Shown here piece by piece: positions 33,241 through 45,400 of a stretch of 64,000 bases of DNA (position 1 is the first letter of the stretch; each line of letters starts with the position of its first letter). The translations under genes were made by a program, and so were the position numbers. Origin of the DNA: Chrysomallon squamiferum. Lineage: Eukaryota > Animalia > Mollusca. Where the stretch lies: NCBI GenBank assembly GCA_012295275.1, contig CM022679.1, forward strand, positions 9,424,001 through 9,488,000. Direction: 5' to 3'. The notes below the pieces were generated by a model. It saw nothing but the letters and a program-made list of their open reading frames with translations. It searched no databases and was not told the origin of the DNA.

Positions 33241-34056
33241 ACACAAGATATAGATACAGCATTAAAAAAGCAGTGTAATTTTCAAAAAAATAAATAAATA
33301 TATATATCGTACAATATCAAATTGATTTCATGTAAATGAAATTTTAGGTAAAAATTTAGTTTAGATATATACTCATCAATTGATCAAACGAATTTTCTTT
33401 AACACTTGTTTGAATAGTTCATACAATGAATGAATGATTGATTGAAATGTTTGTTTTGCTGCATGTACATGTGTTTAGGCCATCCATATCTCGCAATACA
33501 CAAAGTGTCATTTGTCAGTATAGTGGCTATCTGTAACAGTGTCATATATATGTAGTATAAATTGTTGTTTCCAATAAACCTGAAGAAACTATATTAATTA
33601 TTATTCAGCTTGTAATAATATTTGAAATTATTTCACATTTACAGTAACTAGCTTAATTCTGTTTACTGTCACTGCTATATATGACATCAAGGTAACATTA
33701 AAACTGGAATTATTCATAGTCATATCAACACAAATGTATATATTTTATATAGAAATAGAATGGAATTGACACTACATAAAAAATGTGTTCACTGTCAGCT
33801 GTCTTTTAACAAAGTGCATTTTAAATCATTTTTCATATATTATTAGACTTTTAATACAAAGTTTACAAAATATTTTATCACTTCAGTTTCATGTGAAATG
33901 CCAAATTAATAATTTCAAAATGGTTTTGGTAGGAATGATGATGATTTGTAAATATAATCTGTCTGACAATTTATTTTTCTTTCTCTCACAAAATATTAAT
34001 GATTTTTTCTTCTTCTTCTTTTTTGTGCAGTTTTAGGTATATGGAAAGTAAACACG

Positions 34057-37000
34057 ATGGAAATACCTGAAACAGTTATGGACAGTAAAACTTTGATGGA
34101 TAATGATCAGCCATCCCATTTAATTGAAACTGAATGTTCCAGTGTCACATTAGAAAATGACACTGGTACTTGTTATTGGTGAGTTTTACAAAGCACTTTA
34201 AAAAAACAAAATAAAAAAAATAGATGATTAAAAAAAAATATTTTTCAGAAACCTGTTCAAGATAATTTTTTATCTGTTATCATAATTATGTAAAAAAATA
34301 TTGTTGTTGTTTAAAGAGCAGTTAATTTGAAAGCATTCTGCTAACAGGTCTGTTTAAAAATATAACTATTTTTGTAGTAGAAATCAATAAGTGGAAATGT
34401 AAATTATTTCAAGATTGGTTTTTAATAATTTCTTTTCTCATTTTCTGCATAATACATTTCAGTCAAAAACCTAGAAATTTGGGAAGTGTTGAGTTACAGT
34501 GTTCAACTTGTTTGAAATGGTTTCATTCAGAATGTATTAGTTGTTACATTGGGTAGGTAACCCTAGGCTCCTTCAAAAACAAAACATTCAGTCTTTTATT
34601 TTATTTTTGACTTTTTTGCAATGAAGAATAATTAATCACGTTAAAGTTTTACAAGTTTGATTTTATTTTTTTTTTTTTCTGCTCTCATTGATTAACATCA
34701 AAGGATTTTATCACATTGAAAAGCCAACCCATCCATTTAATAAACCTATGCAGGAAAAAATCAAAATACTGCTAATGACATCATTTTAACTTTAAAAATA
34801 CAGCAGCAAAGAAGTTTATTTACAAAAGTGTAAACAATGTTAATTTGTTTTCAGAATGAGTTCACTTAAACTATTTTTATTTTGTTTCAATATTTTCACT
34901 ATTAATCTCATAAGGATCTTCACGTTTACTGCAAAATATTCCTTTTTGATTTAAAATAAACCAATTTTTATTCTTTTTATTTTACAGAAAATGTATTCCT
35001 TTTATGGCAAATTACCATTTTTGTTGCAAAAATTGTAATACAAATGGGCTTGAAAGTTTTCAGAAGAAACCAGCAAGTGAGTATTTCTTATTTTTCTATT
35101 AACTGATACATTGTCTTTGCATGACCTCTCAGCATATTTTTTTAATTTTTAATTTTTTTTGTTATTTAAAAATATTTTTGTTTTATAATAATAACAGGAA
35201 GAAACTGGTAAAATAAATTGGAAATGAAAAAAACAATAATATTTAAATTTTAATTATTTTTTTTTTTTCATCAGCATTTGGTCAGATTTGTTACACAACC
35301 TTAGCTAACTTGACTCATCAGGCCAAAGCGAGAGGTGACATACAGGTCATGTTCTCAAAAGACAAGGTGAGTAAACATTTATCAGAATTTTAACATCTGT
35401 AATAGTCATTTATTTACTGATAAACAAAACTTTATGCTTATGTTCTCATTCTGTCATTTCATGTGACATATCTGGTTTTGCTTTGATTCTGTTTTAAAAT
35501 TACTGGGTACATTTGTATATTTCCATGATCTGTTTTCATATCTGCACTTTTAATATTTACATTATCATTGTTTGAATTTAAAAACACTTTACTAAAATAT
35601 CTATGGCAATGAATGCAGTTTGCCACTTTTTCATTTTTTTTATTATACTATTTTGAATAGAAATGTCAAAACAAAATATTAATGTTCTTTAACATTGTAA
35701 AATTATCATATCCACAGTTTATTAGAAATAGTCTACATTTTTATCTAAATCATGATTAAAGAAACAAAAAGAAGAGAAATTTCCAGTCTTTGTGCATTCA
35801 TATTTAATAATAGGAAAACAGCATCAAATGTATTTAGGGTGATTGTATTATAACAAATCCACTTTAATTTTTAATTATTAACTTTTGATTTAAACTGACA
35901 AATATTTATTTAACAAATTAAAAAAAAAAAAAAAAATATATATATATAGATAGATTAAAACCATTTTTCATTTTAATATATATATATTAATATTTTTCTT
36001 TCAGGAAATTATACCATACATAGACAAAAACTGGGAAGATTTAACTACAATGCCAAGAAGAATTAAATTAACATGGCATGCTACAGTATACAAGACTTTG
36101 GTATTTTATTTTCTACTTTTTATTATTTTTGTTTCAGAATGTTTTATATATATATATATACTTCAAATTTCTTACCAATTTTAACTTCAGGATTGTTATA
36201 TAAAAGTAAAATTGTGAACTGTGTTTTAATGTAAAGTTCTGGTTTGTGTTATATAAATGTAAATATTTGGATTGTTACCATAATGTAAAATTGTTAATTG
36301 TGTTATATATATGTAAAGTTCTAAATTAGGTACCGACAAATGAGTTTATGGTTTTTATTAATTCAAGAACATCTCTTAGTCAATTTTCCAAATTTACTAA
36401 TATTATAAATATTTTACTTTATTTACTTTGTTTGTTTTTCAGACCAAGGAAAATGAAATGTTCCTGGGTGAAGATAATTTGTTTGGATTAGTAAACCAGG
36501 TGGGTAGTTTTAAGTTACATAGGCAAAACAGAATAATAAAAAGAAAATATTTATGCCGTTAATTGCTAAGTAGTATTAAAACATTTTAAGCCTTTCCTAA
36601 AACATAAAATTTAAATCACTGATTAGTGATTGAAAGGCACTTTTTGAAATTTAATTTCTAAAATGAACTAAATAGAACTGTATCAGATCAGTATCTTTTT
36701 CCTAGAGACAAAGGTAATTAATCATTTTAAAATGATTATAATTCCTGCCAGTAAATCAGTATTGTTGCATGGTTGGTAATTTTACATAGGTATCTCAGTA
36801 GTGGTTGAAAGGCAGTTTTTAATTTATCATTATTATTTTTTTCTCAAAGACATCTTTGTTACTATTTTCTTTTTTCTGTAATATTATTTTCATTCTCTGT
36901 TTAACTGGTAATTTCTAATTTTTATAACATTTTTTTTTTTTTTTTTTTTCTGTTTAGGATTTGTCCAAAATTGGCCCATGTTTTGATCTTTTAATAGGAC

Positions 37001-40000
37001 AAGTGTCCAAAACTGGAGGACCTGTTCTAGATGTTGGTAAGCAGTTAATCATAATTACAGTTGTAATTTTTCATTTGTTTTCTATTTAAATATATCTTTT
37101 CTTTTTTTAAATTACAGTGTGTTTGTGTGTGTACTTTTTTGTTTTTTGACTATTTTTTTTAATAAACAATGTTTGGCTGTTGAATATGTTACAGCTAAAA
37201 CAATCTGATATTATTTCAAATGGAAAACAATCCCACCCAAAGATTTAAACAGTGTTTCAGGGCAAAACATCTAGAGAAATATATTACTATATCTTGTGCA
37301 TTACAATGAAATATTTCACAAAATTGTGTGTCTGTCCATTTCTCCTCTCTCTCTCTTTCTATCCCCCTCTCCCCTCTCCCTTTCTCCCACACACACACAC
37401 ACAAAATATGTTATGAAGTGTGGCACAAATTATACGATTTTAAGATTACATTATATAGTATACTGCCCACCATATATGACTGAAATCTTATAATTAATAA
37501 GTTTATATCATTTTTTAATCAGTTCCAACTAAAGGACGAAGTGCAAAGAGGAAGACTCCATTTGACAGTCAGTTTCAGCCTGGATCAAAGCAGAAAAGAA
37601 GGTAAATAAAAAATAGGTTTTAACAAAAAAAAAAAAAAAAAAAGGTACCCCTGCTCAAAACAAATAAATTTTGTCAAGTTTGAAAAATATTTTTCAACTT
37701 GACTTGGGAAGAACGAATAAATAAAAACATGTAGATAGGTTTGGGACCCGTCATAATGAATACTGATTCCTTTTGTACTGTATTTGGTTGATGAAAATAG
37801 GGTAACCCTAGATATTATTGAATAAAATTTTTTAAAGGGAGTCATCAGTCAATAATATTGAGCTGCTCATAAGGGATTGTGGTATGAAAAAGGTTGAAAA
37901 CCAGTGATCCTAGGTGAACCAAAATTTGTCACTTATATGAATGAATAATTTGATTCTTTCAAAAACAGAAATTTAAAAAACTTTATTAATTATTTTATTT
38001 TTATATTTATCAAGTGAAGTGGCAATGATGAAACTGCCCCTTCACGGATACCCACTTGAACACCCATACAACAAAGACGGCTACCGCTACATCCTGGCAG
38101 AACCTGACCCTCATGCTCCGAACAAACAAGCCTTTGACGAGAGTTTAGACTGGGCAGGGAAACCAATCCCAGGATACTTGTACAGGACCTATCTGGCTAA
38201 TGAAGTGTATCTTGCTCTCCATGACAGAGGTAATTACAAGTTTGAATTACTTTAACAGATACATATATATATTTAAAGTGAGATTTTCTTAAAGTAACAT
38301 GTCTTGATAATTAATAGTACAAGTAAAATGTCTAATTTTTGGTGTGTTTATATAAATGTATTTTTATCATGATAATGGTGGACAAGTTAAGAATGAATTT
38401 AAACTAAACAGCATGATGACAATTAATACTATATTAATACTTTTTAATTTAATGACTTATTATTTTTTTGTGTGTTTGTGTATTTTTTTTTATTTATTTA
38501 TTTATTTATTTATTTATTCATTTATTATACATTAATGATATCTTCAGACAATATTGTTACCTTTTTTCAGTTAATGTTTATTTCTATAATATTATTATGG
38601 ATTTCCTTTACTGATATGTATAATGTATTGAATTTACAGCACCACAGTTAAAGGTGGCTGAAAACCGACTGACTGTGACAGGAGAGAAAGGTTACAGCAT
38701 GATCAGAGCAACACATGGTTTGTTTTCATTTATTAATCTATTTTTCATAATATATATTAAATACATAAGCTTCAATGCAGTCTTCTTTGTGAAAAATAAA
38801 GTATTTTATCTTTAACTATTCAAAGTACCTCTTATTTTCTTTTAAGCAACAACCTTTATTTTATCTGGTTTTTTTTTTGTTTTTTTATTCTGTGCAAGTT
38901 ACTATATATTTCTTAGTTTTATATTATAATATATTATTTTGTATATATTTTATAAACAATGAAGAAAATTCTTCTTACTATACATGTATGTACATTTAGT
39001 TCAATAAAAACGAATAAATAAAGAAGAGCATTACTTACATGACACCCAGAATAAGAATGTTATGAATTTAATTCTGTTCTTGAATTATGAAATTTAGTAT
39101 ATTTGACAGGAGTGCGTACAGGAGACTGGTACTATGAAGTTGTTGTAGATGAAATGCCAGCAGAATCTGCTGTCAGACTTGGATGGTCTCAGTCTTTAGG
39201 TAAGAGAGACATTTACTACTTTTCTTTTGTTAAATCTAGCTTTACTGTGATCATATCTTTGTTCATATTTGAACTAAGAAGTAAGCTGAATAAATGTGAA
39301 CCTTATTATTTGATTTGTATTAAATAAAACAGTTTTTTTCCAAGCAGCTAAAAGTAAAACTATTAGAAAAAGTAAAAAGATTTAGACCTGTTATTGTTGT
39401 CTTACATTTAAGAGAGCCATTCATTCTGTGGAAGATGCATCTGTTAATTCTGCTTTCTGTAATTATTATTTTTATTTTTTTTATTTTTTTTGAATAGTTA
39501 AAGATAAAACTGAGATTAGAACTGTAGCAGTTGTTTGTTTTTCAGTAGAATGTTTCATTCTACATAAGATTATATCTTAATTTTGTTTTCCATAATTATG
39601 CTTTCTTTATGAAACACACACAGAGTTTATTTTCGGAACAGCTAATTACAACTACACAACTGCTTGACATTTAATACTGCTGGCTTGCAGAGTCTTTCAT
39701 TCTATGGAAGATTATCCTTTAATTTTGTTTTCTTTAATTATTATAATTTTTTTTTTTTTTAAATATTCAGTTTTGGAACTGTATATAAATAAAATAAAAT
39801 ATATATTTTAGGGAACCTGCAAGCACCCTGTGGCTATGACAAATTCAGTTATTCTTGGCGATCGCGGAAAGGCACACGTTTTCACCAGAGTCGAGGAAAA
39901 CACTACAGTGCAGGTTACGGAAAATCAGACGTACTGGGATTTTACATAAGTTTACCTAAAATAACCGACCCTTCCAATCTTCTTCCACCAACACATAAAG

Positions 40001-40005
40001 ATAAG
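34057..40005 (+). CDS. ASH2L: Set1/Ash2 (COMPASS/MLL) histone H3K4 methyltransferase complex subunit ASH2; 12 coding exons (427 codons) visible, C-terminal part not found
   Basis: Exons 34057-34178, 34463-34552, 34988-35076, 35275-35366, 36005-36100, 36443-36499, 36958-37036, 37523-37601, 38015-38229, 38640-38717, 39110-39199, 39812-40005, with consistent phases. PHD-like CYC...[13 protein letters not shown]...[13 protein letters not shown]; winged helix [24 protein letters not shown]; [26 protein letters not shown]; SPRY LALHDRAPQLK...[14 protein letters not shown]...[21 protein letters not shown]. The start codon choice is uncertain. Confidence 0.93.
37686..37906. mobile_element. hAT-type MITE relic in an ASH2L intron
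   Basis: The right end GGTATGAAAAAGGTTGAAAACCAGTG resembles the right end of the 1910-2148 element (AAAAAAGGTTGAAAAACACTTG). Decayed left end TATTTTTCAACTT. Confidence 0.4.
39420..39742. repeat. Three degenerate copies of a ~135-bp unit in an ASH2L intron
   Basis: TTCATTCT(G/A)..(G)AAGAT...TTAATT.TG.TTTC..TAATTAT recurs at ~39420, ~39553 and ~39695. Confidence 0.6.
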
Positions 40006-40101
40006 GTAAGTGGAAGCTTATTTATTTTACTCAATTTTTTTTTTTATAATCATTATTGTTGTCTTTTTATCTGTTACTGAAAATAACGTCTTTCCTTGCA
40101 G

Positions 40102-40108
40102 ACTTGAG
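40102..40108 (+). other. Candidate 7-nt micro-exon (ACTTGAG) with an in-frame stop after the last visible ASH2L exon
   Basis: Flanked by a strong acceptor (gtctttccttgcag) and a strong donor (AG|gtaagg). Splicing in phase 0 reads ...HKDK-T-stop. Confidence 0.35.
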
Positions 40109-41766
40109 GTAAGGTCTTTAGTTTAGATTTAGAAACTAACAAACAACAAAAAAAGTATTTTTATTTATATTTTTTTTATTTTTTTTTTATTATTTAAACA
40201 AGGCACGAGCATATATAAATTTAATTACTTTCTTCTAAATAACAAATATATATATATATACATTTCAGTGAAATAACAAAGGACAATTCCAAATGCTGTT
40301 GTTTGTGACTTTCTGAGACACTTTGTTTTCCCCTCTCTTCTAAATACTCTTAATAAAGTAAATTTTAATTTATGGCACAAAAAAGAAGCTTCTTTCCAAG
40401 ATAAGTGCATAACAGCAAGTATAGAAAAATAAAACTGGCAAAATAAGTAAATGAAAAAAGGTTTGATGTTGTACATGTCGGAATGCTATAAACATTTTAT
40501 ACTGGACCGAAACTGTTTTAAGAATATAAAGTATGTTGAAATCTGCATCCAAAAGATTTCTTAATATTTAAAAATTCACTTACAATTTGTAAGAGGAAAA
40601 TGTTTTTTTGCTGTTTTCAGACTTGCAATAAAAGTTTTAATATAAAATGAAAACAAACTGATCATCCAATTACTCTGTAAAATATTTACAGACACCTTGA
40701 CAAAAAATCCTGATAAATAATTGGATTTCTGCTGTTAGACCACTGTGAAGACTGTTTAATTTAAGAAAACAGAGTATGAAAAGCCAAATAATTATTCTGG
40801 GATTTGAATTGTAGTCTGATCATGGAATTGCTCCAAAATGTTAAGCATATGTTACGAACATATTAGAAATAGTGAAGTGATAGCACACAATTTTTTTTTC
40901 TTTTTTCTTTTGCATATGTCTGTCTGTGATGAATTAACAAGCTTCAATGACATGAACAACTGCATAAAATGAAAATGATTTAGGTGACAAAATAATCTAA
41001 TTTGAAAGTATTTCACTTAAAGTAGGTAAAAAATATAGATTTTTAATTGGATGGAAAATGTATTTGTTCATTAGCACATAAATACTCTTTTTCTTTTTGA
41101 GGAAAAAACAAAATACTGTATATTGTTTTGAAATTGTTATATTTAAAAAAACAAAAAATGTTTGAGAGTGAACAATGAAATATAAAACAATGAAAGTGAA
41201 GAATTGAAATCCAGATAATTTGAAAACAACAAATTAATTTTTAATGTGTTTCCACTGGTAATATACACATAAGTTTTAAACTGAATTTAAAATAGTTTTG
41301 TGTTAATGCATTACAGGATAAACAATAACCTGAATTTCAAAGTTTATTGGTTTTATTCACTACATCTAAAAGGTTTTTTATTTAATATGTACTTAATACT
41401 ACAGACGTCTGTTTCTAGTTTTTAATATTATGATATAATTATGCAAATGACAATTTTTTTAAACATATAATGCTGTTTTCTGACAAAAATACATGCATAC
41501 AACATTAATTTTTTTATAAAAAAAACTTTTAAATAAAAAGAGCATTAAATGAGTATTGTATAAAAAATAATATTATTTGCATAGCTGATCTTTTCTTTTG
41601 TTCTGAAAGGCATGGATTTGACACAACCTTTTTTAAAAAAAAAAAAAAAAATTATTACAATCATGTTATTTATGTTGTGACCTTTTAACATAAAGTTTTA
41701 AGTAATTACTGAATTTTCAAAATACATAACTGACTTCTTGTTCACAAATTAAATAAAATTAATGTA

Positions 41767-41767
41767 A

Positions 41768-41826
<59 letters not shown>
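41767..41826. repeat. (AAT)n microsatellite
   Basis: Read directly. Confidence 0.9.
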
Positions 41827-41830
<4 letters not shown>

Positions 41831-42405
41831 TAAATAAATAATGAATGAATGTAAACTAACTATTATGGAATTTTAATAACATATAAAATAACAAAATGTC
41901 CAACAATATATCACATATATACAAATTAATGTACTTGTACAAACAAACAATAAAATCAAATCAAATATCGATAAAACCTGACACCTAAACTGAATAAATT
42001 AACATGTTATTACCTAGAAATAATCCTTAATAACTAATATGTCATGTTTTGAATTGTTAATAAAATCTATCTCATTTGACAATTTTTAAATGCCTCAAAT
42101 TTTTTTTACTATATAATAATATTTAATAGTATATTCCTGAAGGTATCTTGAAATATTTATTACAACTAAATAAATAAATCGATTATTTTCCGTGTTTTAA
42201 GAAAATGCAAAAAATGTTCATCAGCAAAAGTGGCAATTACATAAAGCTAATAAAAAGATAAAAAATAAATTCTCATATAAAGGAATATTTGACTAGGAAT
42301 ACCGTAACTTTTAATTTTTTTTTTTTTTTTTTTTTAAATGCTTTTTCCTGTCAGATTTATTGAGATAGTCGAGTTTGCATTGCTGAACTGTTTACGACGA
42401 TGTGT

Positions 42406-45400
42406 CTACAAGTGAGTTGGCTGGAGTAATTCTAGTTTTTGTTTTGTTGGATCGGAATAGCATCTCTCTCTGCTGCTTGGCTTTACCTCAGTATCTTCCT
42501 ACAAGAGAGAGAGAAAGAAAAAAATAAATATATATATCATCTCTGAAATATATCAACAAACATCTTATACTGTAAAAATATATACTTAACACAAATTTAA
42601 GTGTTACGATTTATTTTTAAAAAACATGGAAGTATGATTAGAGTTAAAAAAAAAAATTCTTTATGATCTTTATTTTCTTTTCTTTTTTTAAATCAGACTT
42701 TAAAAGAGAAAAAAAAAGGATTTAATAAAACAACACAAAAAATAAAATTGTACAAAGTATACAATGATAAATAAAATTTTTTTAAAATAAAATTTTAATT
42801 TTTTTAAATTTAATTATTCCCACACTATGAGTATATTAAATATAATTAACAATATATATATATATATATATATATAAAGAAACAAAAAAAAGCCTTTGCC
42901 CAGAAAAATGGATAATACAGAAATCCAAATCACCACAGATATTAATCTCACTGGACAAATGGTCTGATACATGTCTGGCTTTGTCAGGGAGTGTGACTCT
43001 TGCAGGCGTGCTTCACAACAGCTTGCTCTGATAAGCAACATTAACATTTTCACTCACTGACTCACTGACTCACTCACTGACTCACTTACTCTGTATATTT
43101 GTATACTCACAGACGATGGAGCTATCTTGTTAAGTGACAAGTTTTTCGTGCTCTGTGACGTGTCTTCCTTAATTTTAGACTTGAGTGCTAGAAAGCAGTG
43201 GGAGAAAGAAGGGTCATGCTAGTGGTGTGTGTAATACTGAACTTACAGCAGACTGCACAGATAAAGTATTTACAAATGATATATACCTTTCACTTCTAGA
43301 TATTTGGTTTACAAGCATACCAGTGGATATTAAACCTATACAAACACCCAGCAGGTAAATGACCTATCCCAGCATGCAGGTTCAGTGGTAAAAGTGATAC
43401 GTAAATTTGTCCGAAACCTATAATAATATTTATATTGCAATAGTGCTGCCATGTGCATAAACTTGGATATTTTTATTGCAGTGAATAATTAACATAATTT
43501 TTTTTTATTTCATTTACTATTGATAATGTTTTTGCACTTAGGGAATTAACAAAAAAAGCAGTACATTTAACATACTTAGAAATATTTCCTTCACTTTGAT
43601 GCTTATTAAATAATTATAAATAAAATACTAAATCATAATGATATTAATATAAAGTGTTTTCTGTTGCATATGACATATTTGTTACTTACATTTCACAAGC
43701 TGATCCATTTGATCCCCATGAATAGATGGAATCCTGAAATTAAAGATGTCAGTTTTTTACATTCAATTTTCATGACATTTAATTATTATGAAAAATAAAT
43801 AAATAAATAAATGATTACTTATATTCATTGATTATAAATATTTAATAAATTTAACCGCTCATTAAAGACTTTGATTTAAATATTTCAATAATTTGTCAAC
43901 CTTAACTTTAACGACACATCATCAGTTATGCTGATTTTATTTTATTTTGAATGCTTTCTGACTAATTCTGTTTTACCCTGAAGTAATACAACATATTAAT
44001 TATATTTTGAGGTAATAATCCTACACAAAAACCACAGGTATAATTAGAAATTTTGTATAGTTGAATGTGTACACACATGAATTTCCTCTCATGTTTGTGA
44101 TCACTAGGGGGTCTTTTCTTTGTTTCTTCAGCAGGTGCAGATACTTTTAAAATAGCAAAAATAATAATAATAATAATAAATAAATAAATAAAAATATTTT
44201 TCATGTTAACATAAATAATTTATGATAAAATATTTGTTTAAAATAGTAATTTAGATAAAGTTGAAATAAAGAAATTTATTTATTTTTGTTAAAATGAATT
44301 GGTTGTAAATTATTGTCAAATTAATTTCACTTAGTGATATAAATAAATTAACATACTCAATAGTGGTTTTATATCCTTTCTTGATCCAGCACTGTAACTG
44401 TTATTTTTTAATATTTTCTAAATACTTTGATTATTTATTAAAATATATTAAAATAACTTAGAATCCTTTGATTATCTAAATATACGTTGGTTATTATTTA
44501 AAATGTCTATGTAGTATACATTACAATTGCTATTTAAAATGTCCAGTTATTAAAATGTTGTACTTACCAGACACTTTGACTGGAATCTTACTGTTATTTT
44601 GGCCTCCTGAATTCTCCTTTCTTTTAACAGTTGGGTCAATTTGTAAGAATATATTCTCTCCCTTTGCACCATGCAACACCGAACTAGCACCATTGTTATC
44701 ACTGTTTTTCTTTCTCTCCGGAGGAGACTTTCTGTTCTCCCCAGAGGGAGTCATCTTCCCATTTGCCACATTCTCATCCCTATTGTCAGTTATCTGCCCT
44801 TTGACTTCTGACAACACACTTTCCACAAGGCTCTGGGCAGCATTAAATGAAATTCGTTTTTCATCTTCGTTGGAATGAGTTTTCTCATTTTCTTTTTTCT
44901 CACTGCTGTTAGTTTGTTTTTCTGGGCTGGTTCTTGCTGATCCTTGTCTTGAACTTCCTGATGGTTCTTCAGCAATAACCTGATGTCAGATAACACAACA
45001 GGTCAATTATGTCAAGTTATATCTTAATAATGTGAAATAAAACCTTTTATACAATATCACTTCATTTAACAAACTTGATAATTTTCTAGAATTAGCAACT
45101 ACATGATGGTTCTTTGGTGACAATCCAATACAATACAGTATGTCAGTATATTAAGTGATATATTAAAAAATGTGATGTAAAATTTTGAGTATAACATTAT
45201 ACCTCTTAATACTGAAGAATGCTAATGGGATATATTTAATATTTAAATAATTGAATAATCATGTAATGTTAGATATCAGAATTTAGATATAAGAATTAAC
45301 ATTAAACTATATTTAATCTTTTTTTTTTTTTAACCCTTTATGACTTCCTTTACTTGCCTCATAATGAATGACTTACAAGTTACATAATAACTGGACTTGT

